Part shown: piece after piece, positions 39,174 through 49,877 of the stretch | Layout: the number at the start of each line of letters is the position of its first letter | Position numbering within the stretch: the first letter of the stretch is position 1 | Origin: a virus | DNA: 64,000 nt | Strand: one strand, 5' to 3' | Virus record (IMG/VR): IMGVR_UViG_3300050821_006071 | Span: 6,632 to 70,631 of that record | Translations under genes and position numbers: made by a program | Notes under the pieces: generated by a model | What the model was told of the DNA's origin: nothing | The model's database searches: none | Seen by the model: the letters and a program-made list of their open reading frames with translations, nothing else

Positions 39174-40061
39174 TCATATGGTGATCGGGGGAACGACTGC
39201 CCAAGCGCTTACCGCGCCGGTTGTTGAGACCGATTGAACGGACATTGCCCACGGGCCTACGCCAGTAAGGACAACCCCGTTGACCCTCGGGACGGTGACA
39301 TTGCCCGAGGCGATCGGATTGCCGCTGCTATCCGCAACCTGGAAGTTGTATGAGGTCACGTGCATGTCATCCCAATTCGCGTTCACGACCTTGTGAGGCG
39401 TTGCGCTAAGGCTTGTGGGCGCCGCCGGCGGGGCCGGGGGCGGAGTCGGCACCGGGCTAGGCCACTGGCCGAAGTCATCGGATAGGCCGAGAATCTTGCT
39501 GGCAGCCCAGAATGCGGCCTCATCTATATCGCAGCTAGCGGGGCCGACGGTAACGGAACCCAACTGCCGGAGCAGCGCGCGGCTATCCCAGGAGCCACCC
39601 GACCATGCCGTTGTCTGCCACCCGTAGGTGACCACGCCGGCGTTGAAGGCCTGAGACACGGTCCCGTACCCGCCATAGATGCCCGTGCGAGCCTTGCCGA
39701 GCACCGAGTTGGCGCCTTCCATGTAGGGCAGCATGGCCGGCTCTTGAGACTCGTCAGCGGCAAAGTACACGGGGGCACGCGTCAGCGATGTATCCTTGAT
39801 GGCGATCGACAGGGAATTGAGCTGTGCCTGCGCCGCCCTGGCGTCGGCAACGCCGTTGGCGGTGCTGGTCATGTCGGTTCCGGTGGTCTCCCACACGAAT
39901 ACGACGGGCAGGACGCCGGCTTTGAAGTTGGCTAGCTCAGCGGCCGAGATGTCCTTGGAGTTGCCACCAGACAGGTAGCGGCACACGAATTGGTAGCCTG
40001 CCGCCTTGATCTGGGCTACGGTGACCCCAGAGCCAAAACTGAAATCGATGCCTTTTAGCAT
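39174..40061 (-). CDS. Endolysin, DUF1906 (GH25-like) glycoside hydrolase + Fn3-like domain
   Basis: GIDFS, FVCRYLS, VWE, VYFAAD, GIYGG, WQTTAWSGG; Pro linker then APTSLSA. Confidence 0.85.
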   Translation of the reverse strand: MLKGIDFSFGSGVTVAQIKAAGYQFVCRYLSGGNSKDISAAELANFKAGVLPVVFVWETTGTDMTSTANGVADARAAQAQLNSLSIAIKDTSLTRAPVYFAADESQEPAMLPYMEGANSVLGKARTGIYGGYGTVSQAFNAGVVTYGWQTTAWSGGSWDSRALLRQLGSVTVGPASCDIDEAAFWAASKILGLSDDFGQWPSPVPTPPPAPPAAPTSLSATPHKVVNANWDDMHVTSYNFQVADSSGNPIASGNVTVPRVNGVVLTGVGPWAMSVQSVSTTGAVSAWAVVPPITI

Positions 40062-40075
40062 TTCGAAAGAAACTC

Positions 40076-40663
40076 CTATGATCCTTGCCGGACCCAACGC
40101 CCGGTAAAGTTGGTTACGAAACGGCCGAGCACGGCGCTAGAGCACGTGTTGGCGTCAGTCACGACGGCAACGCTTGCGTAGAGCTGGACTGCAAGCGTGT
40201 CGCCCGGATAGCAGACCACGGGGCAGACATCGTCAACGCACACCGATTCATCAAAGTTAATTGCCGTCCAAGAGAGGCCGGAGCGGTACCCGAAGCGGTT
40301 GGTCGTGCCCGATGTGTAATGCGGGTTGGCAAGTCCGGCCGTAAAGAGGATGGCGACTTGCATGTTAAAGGCTGCCGCTTGCGTCTTGACGGGAACGCAT
40401 GCCTCCATGGCGTAGTAGCCCTGCGTGCGCACCGTGATGGCGCTGCTGCCCGAGGACATCCCGTCGCTGTCTATCGCGGTAGCCGGGAATGAGATCGATG
40501 TCCACGTTGTGGCCGGAACGGATTGGGTTCCCGAGGCCCGGTAGACGTGCCAAACCGGGAAGCTCGATGCGACTGTCAGGAATGACACGCATTGAGATAG
40601 TTGCTGTAGCTTTGTAATGCTTATGTCCCCGGCCACAAAGGCCGGGACTGTCGGAATGAGCAT
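40076..40663 (-). CDS. Minor tail protein (C1q/TNF-like beta domain)
   Basis: QSVPATTWTSISF...DSDGM...ITVRTQGYY...GDTL. Confidence 0.65.
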   Translation of the reverse strand: MLIPTVPAFVAGDISITKLQQLSQCVSFLTVASSFPVWHVYRASGTQSVPATTWTSISFPATAIDSDGMSSGSSAITVRTQGYYAMEACVPVKTQAAAFNMQVAILFTAGLANPHYTSGTTNRFGYRSGLSWTAINFDESVCVDDVCPVVCYPGDTLAVQLYASVAVVTDANTCSSAVLGRFVTNFTGRWVRQGS

Positions 40664-40664
40664 T

Positions 40665-41201
40665 TCAGGTGCTGACCCATTCGAGAGTCAAGAAGGCACC
40701 AGGGGCGATCGTGGTCGAGGTGGCGTTACCCGCAAAGGTAATCGTCACGAAGTCGGCGGGGTAGAGGTACTGCCCGATGATGCCCGAGGCGCCGGGGCTA
40801 ATCCCGACGGGTGCCCCGCCGTAGCAAAAACCCTCGCACCAAAAGGCGGTCACGCCTGAACCGGCGGGGTTGTTAGCCCCTGTCACAACGAACACGGCCG
40901 ATGCTCCCGAAACGCCGTTCTGGCTTACGCCATACCGAACCTTATAGAAACCGGGGGTCTGTATCGTCAGCTGGGCGTTATGGGAGACAGACCACATGCC
41001 ATCAGGGTCAAAATCTACTGTGTCGAAAGTAAGCGCTGTGTTGAGGCCCGACGGCAGGCTTTGCCCCGTGGCTACACAGTGAATCCTCGCCATCGGCTTG
41101 CCCATCAGGAACGTGCAAGCGCTTGTGAGCGCTTGCATGTCCGACAGCTGCGCTACGCTCCCAGCCGACATGGGGGTCAGCACGGGGATAGTCATTGACA
41201 T
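40665..41201 (-). CDS. Minor tail protein, paralogue of 40076..40663
   Basis: QSLPSG..ALTFDTVDFDPDGM...TIQTPGFY; shared IP...AG...Q.L...FL N-terminus. Confidence 0.65.
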   Translation of the reverse strand: MSMTIPVLTPMSAGSVAQLSDMQALTSACTFLMGKPMARIHCVATGQSLPSGLNTALTFDTVDFDPDGMWSVSHNAQLTIQTPGFYKVRYGVSQNGVSGASAVFVVTGANNPAGSGVTAFWCEGFCYGGAPVGISPGASGIIGQYLYPADFVTITFAGNATSTTIAPGAFLTLEWVST

Positions 41202-41208
41202 TTGCTGT

Positions 41209-44200
41209 TCACTTCGTGTAAGAAATGGTCAGTGTCCAAGTGGCAGGGGCACCCCAATCGGTGAGGTACTGGAAACCGCCCGAGGTGTTGTCCCCGATGA
41301 ACAGTGACGTGGCCGTGGTCGCGAACGCGTTAGCCCAAGAGAGCAGCCCGACGCTCTTTGCCTGGCCGAGCGAGAAGCCTACTTGCTGGCTGTTGATGTG
41401 ATCCGTCGCGGAAGAGGGTGTTAGCGAGCTGCCCCACGACGTGCGGGTAGACCACCCGAGGATCAGCGTCCCCGACGTGTAGTACGTCAGGATGTTGGTG
41501 CATTGCAAGCTGACTGACGTGATGGTCGCGCCGGTTAGCGCCGTGCGCATCGCGGCATAAGGGAAAACGACGAACCCGAATTGGCAGCCCGTTGTGTTCG
41601 GCTGGCCGATAATCCCGACCGGCGCCAGCCCTTGCTCAACGTCAGAGTTGGTCGCCCGCAATTGAGGCGTCCAACTAGACCACGTGCCGTAATAGGAATA
41701 GGTGGCGTTAGCCGTCCACGATGTGGCGTAGTGCCGCTTCGCGCTTGCCCCCGAGCTTGTGGCAGCGGGGCCGCTCGCCGGCAGTTGGGTGACCGAACCG
41801 CCCCCACCGAGGCTAGAATTGATCATCACCTGGTCATTGAGCGTGCCGTACCCGCACCACCGAAGGGACATCTGGGGAGCGCCAGTAAGGTTCTCTATTG
41901 TGTCGTTGCCGCCTTCGCTAGAGGTGGTGCATAGGGCTACCATGTCGCCCAGCCCGAGGTACACCTGCGTTGACGGGCAAACCGCCGTAGGTATGTTCCA
42001 GTTCTGCGTAGAGTGCTGCTCACCCACGGGGCAGACATAAGAGTTGACGGTGGTTGGGTTGGCTGTGCCTGCCGCAACGGCTTGCGCCGCTTGCTGTGCC
42101 ACTGCGATATACCCCGTGCGCGTGCCAACGTCGCCTGACGACACGTTAAGGTACGGAATGCTTCCCATGATCTCGTAATAGCCCGGAACCATGCACGTAT
42201 ACCAATTCGGGTACGCCGGCACGGCAGCGAATCCAGCGGCTGAATCGGTGTATATGGTGTCCCACACGACCACGGGATTTACGTTGTTGCCCGTTGGAAT
42301 CGTTTGGATGTGGTTATACAAGCCGGCTACCGCCAGCGGTGGATGCAAGGCCGTGGCCAAGGTGTCGTGCAACCCGCGTATTTCGAGGCTCCCTATAAAC
42401 GAGCGGCTGTTGCCGCTCGGGTTGTTCAGGGAGTTCGGGCGCACGCGGAATGTGAGCATGATCGCACCCCATGCCACGCTGCCGGTATAGCCGCCCGAGA
42501 AGGCGTCTGTTGCCGCTGTCGAGCCTTGTTTCCAAAGCACGGACTCATACACAGAGCTGGGGTTGAAATCGGCCCCGAGTGTCCAGCCGCCCGGAACGCC
42601 AACATCAAGCCCACCCGCGTTAGCGGCTAGGGTGACCTCAAGTTCATACGGTACCGCCATGGTGCCCGAGGTGACCGAGGCCGTAGCGCTCGTGCCCGAT
42701 GCCGTGGTCACCTGATCGAGAGCTGACACGTTCTGTATGCCGATCAGGCTCATGGTGTACTGCTGACTTACGGACATCGTGACAGGCACCGTGTCGGCTG
42801 CGTTCATTGGCGCGCAATTCGTCGCCACGAACACGTATTGCACATAGCCGCTCGGCAGGGTCACCGAGGATGCCAGGGTGTATGTGTTCCCCTCGGTGTC
42901 TGGCCCTACGGTGATCGTTGAGGCGGCAGGACACATGATCTGGACTAGCAGCGCATCGCCCTGGTAGCTGCGCATGGTGCCGCTGTTGATGGCGATCGTC
43001 GCGCTAGTGCCCGAGGGTGCCAGCGTGCCGAGCCTGTAGATTCCCGTCGGCTTGGTGACGAACTGGGGTGGCCAGTAGGGTGAGCCAGCGTCGTGGCTGA
43101 CATCCTTGCCGATGGCTTGCGGGGTTGAAAGGTCGGGCTGTGATATCCCGATTCGGGATGTTACCCCAAGCCTGCCGTAGACAGGATCTCCGGGTATCCA
43201 AGCTCGCTGGGTTGACACCGGCGATGTGTAGAACTGTAGGGTGTGGGTCTGTAGCCCGATGACCTCGGTAACCCCTTCGATGAACAGTTCATTGGCCCCG
43301 AGCAAGTTCGCGAACCCAGCCGGCTGGCCATTCTGAGCCGCGCCATACCGGGCGAATACCTGAGCAGCCGTAAAGGCCACGGGGGTTAGCGCGCATTGGC
43401 CGATGAGGCCTGTAAAGAAATCACCGCTGCCTCCGGGCAGCCCACCGATCGTGACAGTCTTGCCTACTGCCGCCGCAAGGGTGCCGCTCAGCGATGCGTT
43501 GCTAGCGAACTGGCCATCAACGTAAAGCGTGATGGTGGTGCCATTCCACGTTGCCGCCAAGTGGTGCCAGCCTGTCAGCGGCAGGACCGAGGCCGAGCAA
43601 GTGGCGAAGGTCGTGCCGTTGCCGAATGCCGCGCGTGGTGCGTTGGTCGAGAGGTACAGAGCGAAGCCAGCGTTGTCGCCACCCGAGGTGTTGGCGCTGG
43701 AATACAGGAAAACAGTGCCTGACAGGCTGACGCCATTGAGGTTGACCCAGCATTCGGCAGACCAGTTGCCACCGCCCGACGGGGCATAGGTTGATGTCAG
43801 GACCCCGCCAACGTTGCTGAGGTACGCACACGAAGGGGATGTCACCACGGGCGGTGGGCTTGCGCCGTAGGCGACCAACCCGCCTATGCTCGGGGTGAGG
43901 GTTCCGCCGTTGCCCGCCAGGTCGGCCCCGACGCCATCATCAAGCGCGTAGTAGCTCACGGGGCTGTAAGACAACACCATGGCGTCATAGGACAACAGCG
44001 ACACCATGTTGTTGATGTCAATCGCGTAGAGCTGGCTAACGGTGAGGCCCGACAGAGAATCCAGCGTCAGAAGGTCAACCGTGAGCGAACCCATGATGAG
44101 CCGCTGAGCCGACCTCGTGTTTACCTGCCATGCCACGTTGTCATTGAGGCAAGGGTCGGGCCAGTAGTTATAGGCAGGCAACCCTAGGTTGCTGAATGCG

Positions 44201-46575
44201 CGGTTCCACGTGATCAGGGGCAACGAGGTCGGACTCCCGACCGTACCGTTAGCGTAGGTCCCGTATTGGCTGTTGCTCGCTACGTTGGACCACGCGACGC
44301 CCTTTTGGTACGTTTGGGTGCTGACAGCGGCTTGGTTTACAAGGTACGTGTCTATGAGCTGGTAGTGGAGATCAGACGTGTAGGTGTCGGGCGGCAGGTT
44401 AACGTCTGGGCTGCGGTAGCCCATGCGCCAGTCACGCGTCGAGAATTGCAGCGTGCCGTTAGCCGGCACGAACAGAAGCCCTTGCTCCGCCTGCTCATAG
44501 ACTTGCATGGCGCTAAGCGCGTTTGAGCCTGAGATGTCAAAATAATCAGCCAGGGAGAGACCAGCGCTTTGCCCCACCAGGCCATTCCAAAATGACGGGA
44601 TTCCCGCATACTGCCCGAGGGCCGCAACACAGTTGTCTGTGGTTTGCTCCCACATGCCATACTGGCCTAGCTGAAAATGCTGCTGTATCTCGGCCTTGGT
44701 CAACAGGCGTTGGTAGACGCTGACAAGAGAGATGTTCCCATACCAGCAACCGCAACCGCCGTATGCCCCGCCAACGGTGATGGTGTCAAACACCTGGCCG
44801 TTGGGGGTGAGGGTGAACGTCCCGTAATCGGTGTTGTCTAGGGTGAGGTCAACGGTGCCCGGAGTAGCCGGCGTGCCTCCCGTGATGCTCAACACGCAGT
44901 GATGAACCAGGGGTTTCGTTTCGCCGTTCACCAGCCCGGTGCTGACGATGTGTACTCCCGTCGGGAGTCCGCTGCCCGAGGCGCCCCAATTGACGTTAGA
45001 GAACCCTCCGGGTTGCGTCATGATGCCGGCGCTGAATACGGTGGTGAAACCGCCTATCGGGCAGAGGCCGGCAAAGATGTTGGCGTTCGTTCGGGTGCTG
45101 CCGAGGCCTATCGCCACGAATGGCCCCGTGTTGCTGTTGCTGAGCGGCCAGATGTTGGGATCTACGCTAAACCAGAATTCAATCGCGTAGTTGGCCCCGA
45201 CTGACGTAGGGGCGATGAAGCCCGTTTGCGCGGTCAGCGAACCCGTGAGCGTGTAGCCAAGGCTGCCGACAAAGGTATCCTGAAAACTGCCCGTGGTGAT
45301 GACAGGAGTAAAGTACGCGCTGGCCAGCGGGGTGGAGTACGGCCCGACCATGACAGGGTCTAGTGCGTTAACCCCCGTGCTGACCACGTTACCGGGACCC
45401 CAGAATTCCGACTCGTCAGCCCTGCCAGGGCTTGACGCGTCGGCCAGGGTCTCAACGCCACCGTTAGAGTTGCGCCATGCGATCGAGGCACTGGCCGAGG
45501 TGGTAGAGGGTATGGCATGCAAGACCGGCCCGTTGTTGCCGCTGGTCTCGGCCGCATTCCCCAAGCTTCCCGCGTTGTTGGGGTCATCTAGTGCCCAATG
45601 CAGCCATGGGCTTGAGTTCAAGACGGCTTGCTTGGTCCAACACTGTAGATTCTGTTGTCGGCTGAGGGACGCAAGCACGTCAGCGCATGTGATTGACGCT
45701 ACATCCTCGGTGCCTGCCGTCGGAGAGATGGCATAATCTATCTCCGCTACAGGGCCATCAAAGCGCGTGTGCCAGACGCCGTTTTGGTCTGGGACGTTGA
45801 TTTGGCACCTGGCACCAAGGCCGGGAGTACCACCATAGGTGACGATCGGGGAACCAGTGTTTCCAGGGGTAAACCACCCCGTATCGTTCTGCACATAAAA
45901 TTGCGCTTGCCCTGCCGAGATTTCCGATATGCCATTTTGTCGGCCTCGGCCAACGCTGATGTTGTCGCTGTAGCGAACCCATGGCGTCATGTCGAGGAAG
46001 TCGCTGCCCGCTATGGACTGGGCTGAGAACGCGGGGTTAATCCAGTCAATCAGCACTTGCGCGGGCACTTGGGCCGCAAATTCGAGGTCAATCGCGAAGT
46101 ACTCGTTTGCGAGCACGGTGGTTGCGACCCATACGGCAACCTTCATGTAGGCAGCGTTGGCAGGCGAGGTAACTGCCGCCACCTGGGATTGCCACACGTT
46201 GGCAACGGTCGCATTGACCTTGCCCCACGAGTCTGATATGTGGGTGTGGCCCGAGTCATACCAGCGCACGCCAATGAATGCGTTGTGGCCAGCGGTGATG
46301 GTCAGAACCCCGCCTGACACGTCGTACCCCTTGCTAGGGGAGCAAGGGTAGAACCCGGTTGAGATGATGGAGTCGCCAATTGCAGTCGCCTGCCACATCA
46401 AGGCGTAAGAACCGCTCAGGGCGGCCGAGGCGACGAACCCGCCTCCCCCGTTCGTCCTGATGGGCGCGTTCGCATTGGTGTCGGCCGCCCACGTGAACCC
46501 CGTCGTTTCGAAGTCGGAATCGGCGAGAGTCAGGATGTTGCCCGGTAGGACGGATGGGGGAACGGTGTACGTCAT
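41209..46575 (-). CDS. Large multidomain tail-tip/adsorption protein (1788 aa)
   Basis: Follows the tape measure gene; CBM-like N-terminus, GRGRQN..SEISAG hub segment, two LamG-like domains (WHHLAATWNGTTITLYVDG), C1q-like domain. Confidence 0.8.
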   Translation of the reverse strand: MTYTVPPSVLPGNILTLADSDFETTGFTWAADTNANAPIRTNGGGGFVASAALSGSYALMWQATAIGDSIISTGFYPCSPSKGYDVSGGVLTITAGHNAFIGVRWYDSGHTHISDSWGKVNATVANVWQSQVAAVTSPANAAYMKVAVWVATTVLANEYFAIDLEFAAQVPAQVLIDWINPAFSAQSIAGSDFLDMTPWVRYSDNISVGRGRQNGISEISAGQAQFYVQNDTGWFTPGNTGSPIVTYGGTPGLGARCQINVPDQNGVWHTRFDGPVAEIDYAISPTAGTEDVASITCADVLASLSRQQNLQCWTKQAVLNSSPWLHWALDDPNNAGSLGNAAETSGNNGPVLHAIPSTTSASASIAWRNSNGGVETLADASSPGRADESEFWGPGNVVSTGVNALDPVMVGPYSTPLASAYFTPVITTGSFQDTFVGSLGYTLTGSLTAQTGFIAPTSVGANYAIEFWFSVDPNIWPLSNSNTGPFVAIGLGSTRTNANIFAGLCPIGGFTTVFSAGIMTQPGGFSNVNWGASGSGLPTGVHIVSTGLVNGETKPLVHHCVLSITGGTPATPGTVDLTLDNTDYGTFTLTPNGQVFDTITVGGAYGGCGCWYGNISLVSVYQRLLTKAEIQQHFQLGQYGMWEQTTDNCVAALGQYAGIPSFWNGLVGQSAGLSLADYFDISGSNALSAMQVYEQAEQGLLFVPANGTLQFSTRDWRMGYRSPDVNLPPDTYTSDLHYQLIDTYLVNQAAVSTQTYQKGVAWSNVASNSQYGTYANGTVGSPTSLPLITWNRAFSNLGLPAYNYWPDPCLNDNVAWQVNTRSAQRLIMGSLTVDLLTLDSLSGLTVSQLYAIDINNMVSLLSYDAMVLSYSPVSYYALDDGVGADLAGNGGTLTPSIGGLVAYGASPPPVVTSPSCAYLSNVGGVLTSTYAPSGGGNWSAECWVNLNGVSLSGTVFLYSSANTSGGDNAGFALYLSTNAPRAAFGNGTTFATCSASVLPLTGWHHLAATWNGTTITLYVDGQFASNASLSGTLAAAVGKTVTIGGLPGGSGDFFTGLIGQCALTPVAFTAAQVFARYGAAQNGQPAGFANLLGANELFIEGVTEVIGLQTHTLQFYTSPVSTQRAWIPGDPVYGRLGVTSRIGISQPDLSTPQAIGKDVSHDAGSPYWPPQFVTKPTGIYRLGTLAPSGTSATIAINSGTMRSYQGDALLVQIMCPAASTITVGPDTEGNTYTLASSVTLPSGYVQYVFVATNCAPMNAADTVPVTMSVSQQYTMSLIGIQNVSALDQVTTASGTSATASVTSGTMAVPYELEVTLAANAGGLDVGVPGGWTLGADFNPSSVYESVLWKQGSTAATDAFSGGYTGSVAWGAIMLTFRVRPNSLNNPSGNSRSFIGSLEIRGLHDTLATALHPPLAVAGLYNHIQTIPTGNNVNPVVVWDTIYTDSAAGFAAVPAYPNWYTCMVPGYYEIMGSIPYLNVSSGDVGTRTGYIAVAQQAAQAVAAGTANPTTVNSYVCPVGEQHSTQNWNIPTAVCPSTQVYLGLGDMVALCTTSSEGGNDTIENLTGAPQMSLRWCGYGTLNDQVMINSSLGGGGSVTQLPASGPAATSSGASAKRHYATSWTANATYSYYGTWSSWTPQLRATNSDVEQGLAPVGIIGQPNTTGCQFGFVVFPYAAMRTALTGATITSVSLQCTNILTYYTSGTLILGWSTRTSWGSSLTPSSATDHINSQQVGFSLGQAKSVGLLSWANAFATTATSLFIGDNTSGGFQYLTDWGAPATWTLTISYTK

Positions 46576-49500
46576 GATAGCCCTAGTGGTTTATTTCCCA
46601 TGTGCTTCTTAAGGACCCTAAGTTGCTGCCAAACCTCACGCGCGACTTCATCTGGGCTGTTGGACGGGTGGGCATAGACATTAACGATAACGGAACCTGA
46701 ATCAGGCACAGCTTGGGCGGCGTTCCCGCCGCTTACTGCTGAAACCGCGTTCTGGACCTTGGCCCCTATGGCGGCCCCAGCGGAAGTCAGAAGCCCCGGA
46801 ATGCTGGCACCAATGGCCGACAAGAAGCCCTTACCGGGTTTCCAGCCGGTTGTTAGTCCTTGGAGGAATCCAGACATGATGGCTACACCATGCGGCACAA
46901 GCAATTGTGCATCGTGGTCAAGCGGCCCCTTGAGGGAACTGATAATCCCTCCCAATGACTTCAGCCAAGACGCAGGGCCGCTGTTCCACATGGCCTTCAG
47001 GCCATTCCAGAGGCCGTTTATGATTGACGCTCCGATGTTGTAAAGCAGCCTGCTAAGATCCCCTATCGCTCCCGTGATCAGGCCGCCAATGCCCTTGAAA
47101 AATCCGACGATGGTATTCCACGAGCTTTTTACCGCAGCGTAGACGGAGTTCCATGCGTTTTTGAGCACCCCCTCAACCACAGCGAGGGATGTATTGAACA
47201 CGCCGGTTAGCGCGCTCCACCAGGTTGTGAAGAATGCCTTGATCGCATTCCAGACCTGAGACGCGACTAGCTTAACCTCGGCCCACGCTCGGCCCCATTT
47301 TCCGGTAACCAAGTCTATGCCAACGGTGAATATCCCGACTAGTACATCCCACCCTACTTTCAGGATGAGCTTTACGGCGGCCCAGGTGACTTTCAGGGCA
47401 TCAACTACGATCGCCCATCCAATCTTCCAAACACCGACTAGCACGTCGCCCGCGACTTGGAATATCGCCGTGAGGATTGCCCACCCGACGCGCGCCGACG
47501 CTGTGATGACATCCCAGGCAGCGCGGAAAAGGGTGGTGGCCACGAGCCACAATACGCGCCAGGTCCCCAGTACCACCGTGCTGCCGACGCTGAATGCAAC
47601 CTTGAGGACTTCCCAATCGAATTTCACCAGGGCGGCTACCACGTCCCAGACAGCATGGAACACAGCGGATATTCCGGCCCACAGAATACGCCATTCGTCC
47701 TGAACAATGGCGCTGCCCACGTGGAACGCAGTTCGCAGGATGTCCCAGCCGGCCTTTGCCACGTTCACGACCACGTCCCAAGTGGAGTGGAGCACGGCGG
47801 TCATTCCTGCCCACAGATCATGCCAGATCTGCTTAATGGTGTCGCCGTTTGTTTTCCACCACGAGTCGAAGCTACTTGAGACAAAGGTCTTGATCTTGTC
47901 GAATTCACGGATGGCCGGGCCTGCTAGGTCATCCCACACGCGGCTGAAGGTGGTGGCAATATAGTTCTTGACCTTGTCGAATTCCTGAATTACGGGGCCG
48001 GCGAAGTCGGCGAAAAGCCTCGTCACTTGCTGCCAGTGGGTGACGATGAGTGCGACAGCAATGCCAATCGGCCCGGTAAGGATGCCTATCAAGAGTGGCC
48101 AGTTGTGCTTTACCCAGTTAAAAGCAAAGTCAACGGCAACCAAGATGTCGTGCCATACGGCTATCCAGAAGTCGCGAAATGCGGCACTGTGCTCCCAAAG
48201 CATTACGAAACCAGCCACGAGGGCAACGATTCCGATTATTATAAGCCCTATTGGGTTGGCGAGGAATGCGAGGTTTAGCCCTTCTTGGGCTACTGTCGCT
48301 TCCTCGGTCGCTACCGTCTCGACCTCTTGGGCAGCAAACAGCGCGAGGAACTTGCTAACCATCTCGGTTGCAAAGACGACAACTTTCTTGCCAGACTTCC
48401 ACAACACCTCGAAACCCTCGGCCGCGCCTTTGACGCCATCTTCCAGCTTCTTCAGCGCAAAGCCCGCGAGGACCGTCCCGATAATGCCTCCGAGAATTCC
48501 CGCAACAGCGGCGTTCCTCTGGAGTACCTGCATAAAGGAATTGAGGCCCTTCATGACGGCCAGGGCGGCCGGGAGAAGTTTTATCCCGAGGCTTATGACC
48601 AGTGCGTCAGCGCCGGCCTTGAGGTCGGCGAACTGCTGTGCCGATGTCTTGTTTGTCGCGTCCCAAGCTGCTCCGAAGCTCTTCGCGCCGTCGGTCAGAA
48701 CCTTTTGCTTGGAATCCAGTCGGGCAACTTGGTCAATAAGTACGGCAATCCCAGCACCAGCCTTTTTCCCAAAAAGCTCGGTGACGATTGCCCCTGTTTC
48801 AGTCGAGGTAATCCCCGCTGCCTTCATCCGCTGGACGAGAAGGTTTATCGTCGCAACTGTGCCGTGTAGGCTCTGGTATTTTCCCAGCTCGCCAATCGAT
48901 AGCCCGAGTTCTTTCAGAGCCGGTCCAGCCGTCTTAGCCTGAACGGCTATGGATTGGACCGATACCCGTAGCTGGGTGCCCGCCATGGCACCCCTGATAT
49001 TGTTGTCGCCAAAGGTAGCGAGAATGGCGCCTACGTCGTTTAGCGTTGATCCATATATTTTAACGTTGCTCAGGAATCCAGTGCCCAAAGCATCGGAAAG
49101 ATCCTGCATCGTCATATCGCCGGCGCCCACGGTCGCGTTAAGCGCGCCCATTGCGGACTGATAATTCTGCACGCCCGGAATACCACTCGCGATGGCAGCG
49201 CCAAGGGCATTCGTAACATCAACGAGATTTGCGCCACCGACCCTAGCACCCTCGGCCGCAATCTTCACGGCGAGAAGCATCTGAGGCCCAGTGCCGCCAA
49301 TTGAGGCCATGCTGCTGGCGACGTGGTAGAAAGCCTCGGCCAGTGAATCCGGATTTTCTCCGATTTGCCCGGCTAGCGCGAGAATCTGGGGGGTCATCGT
49401 GTTCAGCTGAGCCTGTGTCAGGCCAGCCTGTGTATGGATGCGCTCCATAGCCGCATTGAACCCGGAGGCTTTATAAATGCCGATGCCCAGTACAGCGCCG

Positions 49501-49877
49501 ATGCCAACTAGCGCCGGCAACAGCAACCCGTTGAGCTTTGACCCAAAACCGCCGGCCTTGGCGCCTTCATCCTCCAAGGTGGTGCTGACCCTGGCGCCCG
49601 ATGCCGCTAGGGCATCGGACTCTGCGGTAATTTTTGTCAGATCCCCTGTTGTCCCCGACATGTTAACCCGGACGGTTGCACCCTTATCGGTGATCGCCTT
49701 GATCTCCGCTTCGAGTGCAGCGAGCTTTTCCTCGGTGATGTCTCCGCCGATGAGGTTAACCCTGACGACTGCATCACCGGTAAGCTTGTCTTTGCTTGCG
49801 CCGAGCTTTGACATCCCGGAAATAGCACTGTCAATACCACTCGTGAGAACGGCCATGCGCACGGTTTTAGTTGGCAT
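46572..49877 (-). CDS. Tape measure protein
   Basis: 1101 aa, TP901-type core (G..AGTQLR), ANPIGLII and periodic Trp repeats. Confidence 0.93.
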   Translation of the reverse strand: MPTKTVRMAVLTSGIDSAISGMSKLGASKDKLTGDAVVRVNLIGGDITEEKLAALEAEIKAITDKGATVRVNMSGTTGDLTKITAESDALAASGARVSTTLEDEGAKAGGFGSKLNGLLLPALVGIGAVLGIGIYKASGFNAAMERIHTQAGLTQAQLNTMTPQILALAGQIGENPDSLAEAFYHVASSMASIGGTGPQMLLAVKIAAEGARVGGANLVDVTNALGAAIASGIPGVQNYQSAMGALNATVGAGDMTMQDLSDALGTGFLSNVKIYGSTLNDVGAILATFGDNNIRGAMAGTQLRVSVQSIAVQAKTAGPALKELGLSIGELGKYQSLHGTVATINLLVQRMKAAGITSTETGAIVTELFGKKAGAGIAVLIDQVARLDSKQKVLTDGAKSFGAAWDATNKTSAQQFADLKAGADALVISLGIKLLPAALAVMKGLNSFMQVLQRNAAVAGILGGIIGTVLAGFALKKLEDGVKGAAEGFEVLWKSGKKVVVFATEMVSKFLALFAAQEVETVATEEATVAQEGLNLAFLANPIGLIIIGIVALVAGFVMLWEHSAAFRDFWIAVWHDILVAVDFAFNWVKHNWPLLIGILTGPIGIAVALIVTHWQQVTRLFADFAGPVIQEFDKVKNYIATTFSRVWDDLAGPAIREFDKIKTFVSSSFDSWWKTNGDTIKQIWHDLWAGMTAVLHSTWDVVVNVAKAGWDILRTAFHVGSAIVQDEWRILWAGISAVFHAVWDVVAALVKFDWEVLKVAFSVGSTVVLGTWRVLWLVATTLFRAAWDVITASARVGWAILTAIFQVAGDVLVGVWKIGWAIVVDALKVTWAAVKLILKVGWDVLVGIFTVGIDLVTGKWGRAWAEVKLVASQVWNAIKAFFTTWWSALTGVFNTSLAVVEGVLKNAWNSVYAAVKSSWNTIVGFFKGIGGLITGAIGDLSRLLYNIGASIINGLWNGLKAMWNSGPASWLKSLGGIISSLKGPLDHDAQLLVPHGVAIMSGFLQGLTTGWKPGKGFLSAIGASIPGLLTSAGAAIGAKVQNAVSAVSGGNAAQAVPDSGSVIVNVYAHPSNSPDEVAREVWQQLRVLKKHMGNKPLGLS

